Positions 12,101 to 52,556 of a stretch of DNA of 64,000 bases are shown here, in pieces. The position numbers and the translations under genes were made by a program. The stretch comes from Lama glama (taxonomy: Eukaryota). The notes below the pieces were generated by a model that made no database searches, had not been told where the DNA came from, and was given only the letters and a program-made list of their open reading frames with translations. Location: NCBI GenBank assembly GCA_028534125.1, contig CM052827.1, positions 34,720,001 to 34,784,000 on the forward strand. The letters are read 5' to 3'. Each line of letters begins with the position of its first letter. Within the stretch, counting starts at the first letter, position 1.

Positions 12101-15100
12101 GAACTTGCCCAGGTGTGATGCACTCCAATGGCAAGAGGCTATATTAACCAGGGTAGCACAGGTCAATGTGGAAACCAGAGGGATATGCTACAAGTTACTC
12201 ATCTTGACAGGTTCATCACTGGGAAGCTGTGCAGCTGAAATCAGACACCATTCATATGTAAGAGGGGTGTCTAATGGTCAAGGCAAATAAAAGACCAAAT
12301 GTTCTCATTACTCACAGGCTAAGGGAATTAATTCCTTGCTCCAAAGCCAAAAGGAACTAGAGATGTCAGTTTTTGCGAAGACTCCTGACCAACTTCAAAG
12401 CTGTTTACAAGAAAAGTTCTGGCACCAACTCATAAGCCCCCAACACTCATTTCAAAAAATTATTCAGCCATTAAAATATTTAAAAAGACTAGCAATACAG
12501 AAAAACACTAGACATAGAATTTTACACTCAGAAGGAAATAAACCAATCTAATTCCAGTTATCTTTGGGATGGGGGTAATATGGGTACTTTTTTCCCCCTT
12601 TATTTTTTATTTTGCTGTATTTTTTCAAATCTCCTATAATGAACATATAGTTTTCATAAAAGAAAAATTATTTTTAAGTCTATGTGGATGCTTACCTATA
12701 TTTTCAACTATGCTACATATAGCATTTTCTACTGTTAAACATATGTAAGTATTTTCCCATCATGCCAGTCTCCATGGTTATCAATTTAATGGTCCAAACA
12801 GTTGTACGTGTCAATTTCTCAGACATAATTTTTAGCCACCATATACAACACTGCAATGAATGTGTTATTTCTTGTATTTGAAAAATGGGGATAAAAGTAC
12901 CTACCTCATAGGGTTTTTATGAGGATAAAATGAGCTATAAGTAATAGAAAATATAACAAGTACCTAGCACAGTATTTGACAGGTAAATCTTAAAAACTTA
13001 GTAAATCGACAGTAGCTTTTCTTAATACCATAGCTGTTTGCTTCTGTTTAATTATTTCCATAGGATAAATCCTCGGGGTGAGATTACTGCATAAGATGAA
13101 CTGAACTTTTCCACTGTAATTTTTCAGGTTTCTTATCAAATAGTACTTTGTTTAAAACTTAGATGTCAATTTAAGAAGCTCCCTGTAATGTGGCATAAAA
13201 ACGCTCTCTCTAATTTTAAAGTTTCTTTAGATTTCTGGATGGCTTTAGAGTCCAAACAACAAAAGTTTAAAAATAGGCCTCAATCTATTTTTAGGGTTCC
13301 TAATATTACTGTAAAGCCCTGCTGTTTTCCCAAAGGCTTCCATCAATTTTAAGCACTACAATCATGTACAATTTTCATCACAGCCTTGCCAGCAGTGCTA
13401 TCAACAACCTTTTTCCTGAGAGCCTAGTAGACATAAAACCTCAAGTTTGCTTTCAGCTAAAATTTATGTTTTTTATAATTAATCTGTATAAACATTTTTG
13501 ATGTGTTTGCAGTTTGTATTGCATTGTTGGGAAAATTTGTCCTTATATCCTTTCTAGCTTATCTACTAGTTTTTCTTGTATGAATTATTGAGTTATTTGA
13601 GTTGATTCTACTGAACACTGGTTACTTTAAAAATGTGTAACTCATGAAGCAGTCTGTAATTAGTTTTGGTAAAAGAGGTGGCTATGGACATCATGCCCAA
13701 ATTATTGTCCAGGTATACTAGCACCATGATTAAATATTTTTTGCTTGATATATTTTGAATAAAAATTTCATTTTTTTTAAACTTCAAAAACTTAGAAGGA
13801 GTGACATCTGAAAAATGTTTATCAAGATGGAGCATATTTTAGGTTGAGAATTTTCTATTTTATCTTACTTTTTTTTTTGAAAGTGAGGTAAAAAACTTAC
13901 TAAATGTAACTAGTAGAAAGTAACACTGAATTAAATGTGAGAAGACTTGCATTCTAGTCCTACATCTGCCTCAAATTTGGTATGCTACTCAGGACTAGTG
14001 CTTTAAACTCCCTTTAATGAGTCTTTCCATCTCCTTTATCTTTATCTTGCTCAAAACCCCGAGTGATTTCATCTCAGGGTGAAAGGCAGTGTGTTCTTGC
14101 AAGTACCTACTTGAAAGTGTCTAACAAGCATCTTCTTCCCAAATTCGTTACTATCCCCCCCCCCCCATCTCATTGGGCTCCAGGCACACTGACCTAGAAA
14201 ACACCAAATTGGGCTTCAGGGCTTCTGCACTTACATGTCCTTGGTCTGGAATCCTTCTCCCCAGGATACCCCTAGTGCTCTGCCACTCACCTCCTTCGAA
14301 CTTTCACTCAAGGGAAAGTGACACTGAAAGCTTTAACTCCCCCTCCCCCTTACATCCCCTATCACCATCCGGCATTGAATTTGATGTTTCTCTTCTCTGA
14401 ATGTTAGGTCCTCACTGCTGTAGCCACAGAACTTAAGAACAATGTCTGGCATATAGCAGGCACTGAGTAAAAATACTTGTTGAGTGGATAACCTAACCTG
14501 TAAAACGAGATTATCAAGCTAGATGAATCATCCATCTGTAAAGCGAAGCCATGTCAGTCCTCTCTAACTCTGTGCAGACTTTGCGCACTATCTGTCCGGA
14601 GAAGCCCAGCGCTCGACTCAGGGCGTGTACTCACTTTGTAGGAGACCGCGGCGGCGGGCTCTGGGTCTCCTTCCTCGTGTACCAGGTCCAATAGTTGGAA
14701 GCCTGCATCCACGGCAGCCTCTGGGTTTCTCGGTGCGTCCTCGGACTCCAAGCCGCCAGAAGGAATCCCCGAGGATCGGCGGCTGGAAACCACCCTGTAG
14801 CGACCCTCCTGCTGGAACTCCCGAGCCGACGCACGGAGATTATGGCGGATACGTTGCTGGCTGCCCAGGGACGGGCGCAGAGCAGCCCGCACAAGCGGCT
14901 GGACGGGCTCCTCCTGGGAGAGGAGAACCAGGGGTTCGTGAAGGGGGTCAAGGATAAGACTTCACTCCAGCTGCGCCCTAAGATCCCCTTTACATCGGCT
15001 CCCTCCCGGCCCAATACCTGGGAGCGCACAGTAGCCACCAACTGGAAGACATTGTTTTCCGCTGCTCTCGCCAGACCCTCTAGGGGTGTCTCCTGGGTTC

Positions 15101-15212
15101 CCGACTCATCTGCGCAGGAGCGGAGGCGTTTACAAGCGAGGACGAGCGCCTCAGCGGGCTCCGCGCTGCGCTTTCGCTTCACGCGGAGCACAGCAGCCCC
15201 GCGGGTCTCCAT
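9180..15212 (-). CDS. SLC7A6OS: Probable RNA polymerase II nuclear localization protein SLC7A6OS (Iwr1 homolog), 309 aa
   Basis: Exons (minus): 15212-15018 ([29 protein letters not shown]...), 14913-14635, 11481-11278 (...DDYVYDIYY...), 10198-10078 ([31 protein letters not shown]...), 9310-9180 (...[13 protein letters not shown]). Total 930 nt = 309 aa + stop; GT-AG junctions; Iwr1-type YVYDIY and [13 protein letters not shown] motifs. Confidence 0.97.
10884..11224. mobile_element. MER2-like Tigger (Tc1/mariner) MITE, interior covered by an N gap
   Basis: TA|cagtatccttcaatatccatggg ... gttgaatctgcagatgtggagcccatgga...cacggaggaccaactg|TA; terminal inverted repeats, TA target duplication, about 340 bp. 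Confidence 0.8.
10921..11106. other. Assembly gap (N run)
   Basis: Run of N in SLC7A6OS intron 3. Confidence 1.
12880..12985 (+). mobile_element. MIR SINE fragment
   Basis: aaaatggggataaaagtacctacctcatagggtttttatgaggataaaatgag...cctagcacagt (MIR core and 3' end). Confidence 0.75.
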
Positions 15213-15760
15213 AGCGGCTGTCGAGGAGCACTGTGGGAACGCGCGGGGTGCGACGGAAGAAACTTCCAGTTCCGCTTCTGGGTCCCGTCCCCGGCACGCT
15301 CAGCGCGCGCAGGGAAGTACCTCTCTTGCGTGCCTGCAGCGGCAAGATGGCGGCGGCGGAAGTGAACGGAGGGATACCCACGACGGGTGAGGCGCTGGGC
15401 AGGTTGGGAAGGTGGGGTTGCGGTTGGAGGCCCAGGTGCAGCCAGCATGTCCTCAGCCCAAGGCCTCGGTGGAGGGGTCTGGTATGGAAGTACTCGGACT
15501 CCGGGGTACACGTCTCTTCGGAACTCTTGAGGGACTTCTAGAGTCTGCATGGGGCGACTTAGAGCGCCCAGGCTGGCGGGAGAGCGGGGTTCCAGGCGGT
15601 CCCCCGCTCTGCCATCCAGTCAGGTGATTGTTGCTAACTGGGCCTGTGCCTGAGCACCTCCGCGGGTACTGAGTACCTGGCGGCTCCCCTCAGCGACAGA
15701 GACCCGCATCGCGATCATACCAACCTCCAGCTATCGCACTCCAGCCGGGCCACGGTTCTC
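14600..15760. promoter_or_regulatory. CpG island / bidirectional promoter of SLC7A6OS and PRMT7
   Basis: Dense CpGs and head-to-head genes. ETS cores at 15254-15259, 15262-15267, 15270-15274 and 15357-15364; YY1 motif CAAGATGGCGGC at 15343-15354. Confidence 0.9.
15320..15386 (+). other. PRMT7: PRMT7 first exon (5' end approximate), donor GG|gtgagg at 15387
   Basis: Strong donor inside the CpG island just downstream of the YY1/ETS motifs; contains an ATG at 15347. Confidence 0.7.
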
Positions 15761-16293
15761 TGATTCAATGGTGTTTCCCAGTCAGTGTGTTCTGAGTAGT
15801 TGGAAACCAGTCTGTTTACTCCCCCATAAAAGGGTACACCCAATGCAGATAGTCTTTTGCTTAAAACGTTTTAACCTAGTGCGTCTAAAACAAAACCCGA
15901 AAGCTAACATGGCACAGTGTGATTTGCAGAAGTCCACCCCTAATGTCCCACCTTTTCTGCTCAGAGTGCTTCAATCACTCAGGCTTTTGTCACTATGCGC
16001 TTAGTCCGTTACATCTTACGGCCTTTTCTTGGAAAAGTTGGGGTAAGGATTCCTGAAATGTGAGCATTACACTTCCACATCCATTAACCTGGCTTATCAA
16101 GCAGGCTTTAATTTAAATGCTGTCTTCTCCAAAGAGTCTCTCCATAACTTTGTTATTCTCTTTAATAGTACCCTGTATGTTTCCATTCTTGCTCTCAGGT
16201 ATTCTGGAATTGTTTCTATTTACTCTTTCTTTCTCCCATTATGGTCTATAAATTCTTGGAGGACATGGACCTCTTCTGTCTTATTTATGGTAG

Positions 16294-16427
16294 TCTTCCA
16301 GTCCTAAAACAGTGCCTGACATACAGAAGGTGCCAAATCAGTTTTGAATGAATGAATCAGACATCTGCTCTGAAATATGGTTAGTAGTGCAATTAGGGCT
16401 TGGCATGGTGATTTCCATTCCTTGCTG
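16294..16427 (+). other. PRMT7: Candidate non-coding PRMT7 5'UTR cassette exon (L2-derived)
   Basis: Pyrimidine tract plus AG at 16292-16293 and donor CTG|gtaaat at 16428 (alternative donor AG|gtgaga at 16522). Inferred only. Confidence 0.3.
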
Positions 16428-17064
16428 GTAAATGACAGCTTTTGGAGAATGAGGAGGAGATTAGTGTATCCTGAATCCAGAGTGTGGGTTCCTTCTGGGA
16501 GACGACAAATCATAATCATAGGTGAGAAGATTTATCCATAGATGTGTAGTGTTCTGTCCTTTAGCATTTATTTAGGTTCATGTGAAACCATTGACTTCTC
16601 TACAGTTCTGAAAAGGCATTGTGGTCCTAGATACAGCCTTGGCAGCATCACAGATGAAAAGGGAATTCCACAGGTTAGAGTTCTTTACTATACTCTTAAC
16701 CTTTAAGTGACTTCATGGTTGATTCTACATGGACCACAGGATAAGAGTTTCGGGACCTGCCACAATGTGGACCCCTCCAACGTGTTTGACTCCTTGTTTA
16801 GTTTCACATCAGCTAAACTGACTTATTCACTGTGCGTGAATGTCTAGCCTTTCTCATCTGGTGAAGTGCTTTCTCCCTCTCATTGCCCACTTAAATCCTA
16901 CCCATATTTTAAACTTTTCCTGAACATTCAGTCAGACGTGGTCATTTCTACTGTAGCATTTGTTGCACATGGTTTTCTAAAGCACATTACAGATTCTGGT
17001 AGTTCTAGATACTCTGTCTTTAGTAATAAATATTAGTGTATGAGCTGTACAGAGCTGATTCTAG

Positions 17065-17165
17065 CAGTGCTTTTCAAACTATAGGTTGCAACCCATTGGT
17101 AAGTTATGAAATCAAGTTAGTGGATCATGACCAGCATAAAAAATAAAAATTAAATAGACTGTATC
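17065..17165. mobile_element. hAT-Charlie DNA transposon end
   Basis: cagtgcttttcaaactataggttgcaacccattggt...gaaatcaagttagtggatcatgaccagcat. Confidence 0.55.
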
Positions 17166-18654
17166 AGAGGGCCTTGCCCATAGGAAGGCTAAACATTGTT
17201 TTGTGAAACTTCAAGTTGTATGTACTTGTGCGTGTCCTGTCTCGAGGTAAAGTATTTTTCTTACTGGGGTTGTCAGAAAGCTTGAGAGCAACTAGATTAG
17301 AGAATAGATATGCTGAAGTAGAGTTAGAAGTTTTACTGGAAGACAAATTGACTACTTTGAACCAGGCCAATGACTGCCTGAATCTTTTCAGAAAAGATTG
17401 TTCTCCTTCCTCTAGTATAAGAATTCATTGTTTATTTAGTTCAGGTAACTTCCAAGTAAAATCAGTAACTCTGGCCAATAAAATGCCTTAGGAATGTTTA
17501 GGGACCTGTGGAGGAGCCATTCTTACTAAGATTTCCTGAAAATGGATCAGTGTCAATCAAGAAGTGATGGGGAGTGTGGAACACGTGCTGTTTTCTGAAT
17601 GGTAAGAGGGAGGGCACTGTGACAGGCCATGTCTGCTGAGAGGTACCTTCAGACTTTGAGCTGTGGGGGTTGCCTCTCGGAAATAGATCTCTTCGGGGAA
17701 ATAGGCCATATGAGACATGAATCTAGTGATATTTTATTTATTTGAGGCACATTTGTTTTTAGATGAAGGAAGGTTTTTAAAAATTGCTTTTAAAATTGAA
17801 TATTGAGTAGATAAGTAATCATAGTTAAAAGTAGTGAGGCATAAAGAATGAGAGTATCATGAACACCTGTATTCTCACCACCCAGTTTTAGAAAAAAATC
17901 AATGCTGTTACTTTTGCAGTGCCATGTAAGACCCTCGTTGATTCCATCGTTTTCCCTTCCGAGAGGTAGCCACTGTCCCCATTCCTTGCTATGCTTTTTA
18001 GTGTGATCCCTGAAGAATATATTGTCCTATGTTGCATAATTATAAATATAGTGATATATATTCTGTGATTTGCTTCTTTATTGGTTCAACATTATATTCC
18101 TGGGATTATCCATGATGCATATAGCTGTGATTTATTGTTTGCATGAAGGTTTTCCTAGTTGGTTTGATTGCTGTATCTTTGTATTTTTCCTCAAGTGTTT
18201 AATATTCTGAGGCACTATTGATGGCACTCCTTTACGACCACTGTAATTTCTTTTTTGTTCTCCTTTCCTTTTAGCCCTTTCTTCTGCTTTATTTCCTTTC
18301 TCACCTTCCTTCCTTCACCTGAGGCTGCACTCAGATGTACTTGTGAGGCTCTTTGGACGCTGTTGGAATCACTGAGGACTCCTAAAGCTTCTAGATAGCT
18401 TTCTGAATTTTTGTCTTAATAGTTGTTTGGTTTTTTTTTCTGTTTTTTTCTTTGTCTTTGTCTTAATAGTTTTTGTTGTTAAATGCTGAATACAAAACCA
18501 AGTAACTCTTGCTGGAAAGATTAAAATACTCATTAACAAATATTTTCAATGGCACTGACATTTTTGTCTATTTCTTGATTTTTTTTTCTCTTTTTTTCCC
18601 CTTGTCTTAAAATTTTTTTTTCCTCTACATTTTTGGGCATTATGATTTGAATAG

Positions 18655-48515
<29,861 letters not shown>

Positions 48516-48517
48516 GA

Positions 48518-48523
48518 AATAAA
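48518..48523 (+). terminator. PRMT7 proximal poly(A) signal
   Basis: AATAAA two nt after the TGA (48513-48515), with GU-rich ggtgtggctttct about 25 nt downstream. Confidence 0.75.
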
Positions 48524-49594
48524 GTGGCCAAGGGCTCCGGGCTCTGAATGGTGTGGCTTTCTGAGAAGGAAGGTGAAGGCACCTCTCCTTTCAGGGCCCA
48601 GCTTGGCCTCTGGGCTTGGAGGAAGTCTCTTCCCTTTTTGTGTTTTTGCACCGCCAGCTCCTTGCTCCAGATATGGCAGGAAGCAAGGGTTGCTTTGGAG
48701 CTGAGGAGGGGCCAAAGAGCCCACCCTGCAGTTGTTTTGAAATGCTCAGAAAGCTCCAAACTGTGAAAGCTCCTCCTGTCCTTCCTGGAAGGGAACAAAA
48801 TCTGAGTTGGCTGGGCTGGTCAGGTTGGGGTGCTCTCAGCTGTGCAGTTCCAGGAGGGCGTGCTGCTCTTTTGGGAGCTAGCCTAGCCTGGCCTGCATTC
48901 TGGGAACCTCTGGGTCCCACCTGCCTGCTCCAGCTAGGGGGGCCCTCTAGGGGCAGAGATGCTGACTTGTGGCTGGGTCCCAGGCCTTGAAGACCCTGGC
49001 TTGACCAGGCTAAGGACCAGGTTCAGACCCTTTCACTTGCTAGGTAACAGCAAGCCACATTTGTATAGGTCTGGCCTCTGTGCAGCACCAGCAGGTGACT
49101 CAGATGGACACCTGGACACCAAGCTGCTGTTCAGAGGACAGGGTGGAGACTGTCCCAAAGCAGTTCCTGAGATGCAGACCCAGACACCAGCCATCAGGAG
49201 AAGGGAGCCAAGAGGTACAGCCCTTTCCTATGTGCCCCCTTTTCTAGCAGAGGAACTTCATCCCCTGGAAGCCTGGGTACAAGTGTGGTCATCCCAGCCC
49301 TGCCTTGCCTTGTCAGGAAGGCCAGAGTCCCAAGGAGGCCCCAGCCTTGCTTCTCCCCACACTCAAGGTACCCTTCTGCTATTGGCTCCCAGTTCCAGAG
49401 GGAATGAGTAAGAGAACCCAAGTGGCCTGGTTTTCTGGTGGTTCAGGGCAGACCCAGGCTGTGCCCATCCTGTGGGGGAGAGGCAGGAAAGGCAGACCCC
49501 ACACAGCGGTCTCCCCACAGCCCCACCTGGCCACCCAGCCTCTTGGAGTCAGAGCAGGGCCCAGCCCCAGCTTCTCACTCAAATAAGTAGAGAA

Positions 49595-52556
49595 CACCAG
49601 CCTTGAGCCTCACAGTTTTATTTTCTCATTATCCATCCTTCTTTTCAGCACCAGTAAAGGAAAAAAAAAAACACCTTTCCTTTCAAAATATGTGTAAAGA
49701 TTGTTTTTCTTCTAGGGAAGAATTGTCTGGATATATATTTGATAATGTTTTTACCAAAATCTTAGGTGTGCTTACCATATAAAACCCCTAATGTCCCATG
49801 AGGATACCATACAGAAAAAAAATACAGAAATTAAAAAAGTGTTTTTTTTTCCTTTTTTAAAACAGTATTTCTAAATCTTAGCAAGTTAATACAACAGTTA
49901 AAAAGCATCAAGATTAATATCCATACTTAAAACTCAAGGTGGTTTGGACAAATGAAATGACTGTTTTCTTCCAAAGCTGACCCTTGCCTCCTGGCTTCTC
50001 TGGAGGCTGGGCCTGGGGCAGGTGTGGGGCCTTGGTTGGGGATTTAGGTGACCCCGTATCTGTCCCTCCCAGGCCTCAGTGCCGCAGAGTCTGAGATCCT
50101 GGCAATGTGTCTTTTCTTTCTTTTTTTAAAAATTGAAATGGAAAAATCTGGCTTGTGCGCGACCCTGGGAGTCCACAGGCTTGATGGAACATGTGGCTGG
50201 GCAATGGTAGCCTCGGTGCTGAGACCATGCCGGAGGGAGTGTCAGGGGAGTACGGCTGGGGGGAGCGCAGGCCAACTCTGCTCTGGACATCAGGCAGGCT
50301 GGGCAGAGGCAACCTTGTTAGGACAGGAAATGACTGAGGCACAGGAAGGTATGACTTGCCTAAGGCCACCCCATGAGTAGGGAGAGAAGCTTGTGCCCCT
50401 GTGCTTTGGCTCCCACCCAGCTGCCTTGGGAGGCAGGCGGCCCCTCTGAGGGATAGAAGTTGTGCTGGGGTTGCTCTGCTTCAGGAGCCCTGGCTCTGCC
50501 TCCACTGCTCTCCTGGATACACAGCTGACCCGCAGCCTGGGGCCTCAGCTTAGGCCCAGACATAGGCATGGTGCCTGCTCAGTTGAGCCCTACCTGTGAA
50601 CAGATTGCTAGCTGCTCTGGGGAGTGGGGGGACCTCTGACCCAGTGAAGCCTAGCCAAGGCCCCAAAGCCATGGCCTTGGAGTAGGGGTGCAGCAGAGAG
50701 GCCAGGGAGGCCTGCACCCTAAGCGATGAGCAGCCCCTCCTGACTCAAGTTGGGGTGAGGCTGGGTGCCTAGCCAGGAAAATGTGCCAAGCAGTGAAGCC
50801 CTCAGCCTAGCTGCTACTCTGGCCAGGGGGTTCAGACAAACCAGCGCTGTCACAGGTGTGTCTCAGGAGTGTCCTGCCCCAGCACAGGGCCTGGCCTCTG
50901 GCTGGCTGTTTGGCCCCCTCTTGGTCCCTCTTGCAGCTCAGTAGGTGACAAGGCACAGCATCAGGGCACCGGCACCAGGAGGCTCCTGGCAGCAGGGTCC
51001 TGATGCACCCCCAGCCTCAGGAAAAATTGGCTTTGAGCCAGGCGGGCACATTGGTCAAGGTGCTGTGAGGAGGGGAGACCAGTCGGGGTTGCAAAGAACA
51101 GCCCCTGGAATTGGTGGGGCCTTGTACCTGAAAACAGGCAAAACCCTCACTGCTTACTTTGGGGGGCATCCCCAGGTGTGTTAAAAAGGCAGGTGGGCAG
51201 AGGCAGTGCTGCCGTGGGATGGGGAGCTATGGGCTTCACCTGCAGGGTCTGCCACACCATCATGCCTAGGTGCCCGGGGCTGGCCCTGGTCACATGGTGG
51301 TAGAGTGGACATCTATGTGCCTGTATGCCAACCAGTACCATTCCCTGTCCAGGGCAAGCAGGGGCCGTTGGCCTTGCCACCCCTGGCCTGCACACTGGTG
51401 CGGGGACAGGCTGCCCTGCACCTTGGCTTCCAGCACCTTCATCCAGGGTCCCCAGGGTTGCTGTTGAGGATGGGCCTGGGAGGGCTCTCTGGGGAGAGCC
51501 ACAGCCCCACCCAGAGGCAGGTGGAAGGTTCCTGAGCTCAGCCAAGCACGTGGATGGGGACAGTCCCAGGGAGGGATTGGTCCTGAACCAGAGAGGTGTC
51601 TATAGGGGAGGTGGATCAGGCAGAAAGAAGAGGATGTGTTGGTTTTGACAGAAGAGAAGCTACAAATACATCACTTTCAAAATCAGAAGCCCCCAACCCC
51701 CCTTAGTTCCCCTTCTTCCTGTAAAAAAGTGACGTTCTCTCCCTAGATTCCTGTCTTTGGCTCCATTGCCCACAATGGAGTCTTGGAGGGAGGCTCCTGG
51801 CTCTGCTGTGTTGGGGAAAGGGAGCCTGCCAAGAGCAGCGTTCTCCCTCGTGGCTTGCAGACCCTCTCAAGTGAAGGGTTGTTTTTGTTCTTAACTTTTT
51901 CGTTTTTCTTTTTAAAATGTAATCGCCCTTGAATGCAAGACCCTGGGGAAGAGCCTGGGCTCGCTGGTAACTGGACACAGCCCTCATGGTCCCTGCTTGT
52001 GAGCTGTCCTAGCTGGAGGCAGCAAGCCAGTGGCCCTGTGTCCAGGAATGAATGCTTCTTTGGCTGGTTCTGATTGTGTTTGGAGTTTGGCCTTGGGTGA
52101 GGCCTGAGCAAGGGGTCTGTGGCTGTGGCGTGGCATGTGGCATGCGGGCAGCGTGCATGCGAGGGTGCAGGCATGCGAGACAACATGGCAGCAGACAAAA
52201 GTAATGAACCCTGGACGAAGCTTGAGAAGAGATACAAAGAGTACAGAAACCCGGTTCTCATACTAACCCATGGGTTACAAACTAGGTTGTGCTGTAGATT
52301 TGTAGAAAATCATGTTTTGAAAGAATGGCACTGGTTGAGCAGCCTGGACTCCCTGGGCCGGCCTGACTCCTGTCCATGAGTGCCCAGAGGTGCCAGGCAG
52401 CGCTGGTTCCAGCTCACCCAGGACTGACCGTGGCTCTCCCGGGCCCCTGCCTGCCTCCCCCAGCACCAGCGGTGCTTGCTGGAGGGGACACAGCCAGGGA
52501 GGGACTGCAGTTCACAGGGCTGGCGGAGACCTCGCTGCTGTGATGACTTGGCCAGT
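49595..52556 (-). other. SMPD3: SMPD3 3'UTR (about 3 kb, end approximate)
   Basis: Lies between the TAG at 52559-52557 and the AATAAA at 49622-49617. Confidence 0.7.
49617..49622 (-). terminator. SMPD3 poly(A) signal
   Basis: tttatt on + is AATAAA on -, at the distal end of a U-rich block (49620-49950) typical of a terminal 3'UTR. Confidence 0.75.

Noticed and set aside
14631-15212. 193-aa ORF reading through SLC7A6OS intron 1
   Set aside because: Only the first 65 codons are real. The 104-nt intron has canonical splice sites and the remainder is out of frame with exon 2.
14695-15390. 231-aa plus-strand ORF antisense to SLC7A6OS exons 1-2
   Set aside because: It lies in a GC-rich CpG island where stop codons are scarce, has no recognisable domain, and starts upstream of the plausible plus-strand TSS.
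17216-17491. Coiled-coil-looking peptide LENRYAEVELEVLLEDKLTTLNQAND
   Set aside because: Short, no ATG, and no flanking poly(A)/TSD or recognisable parent gene; I cannot support a pseudogene call without a search.
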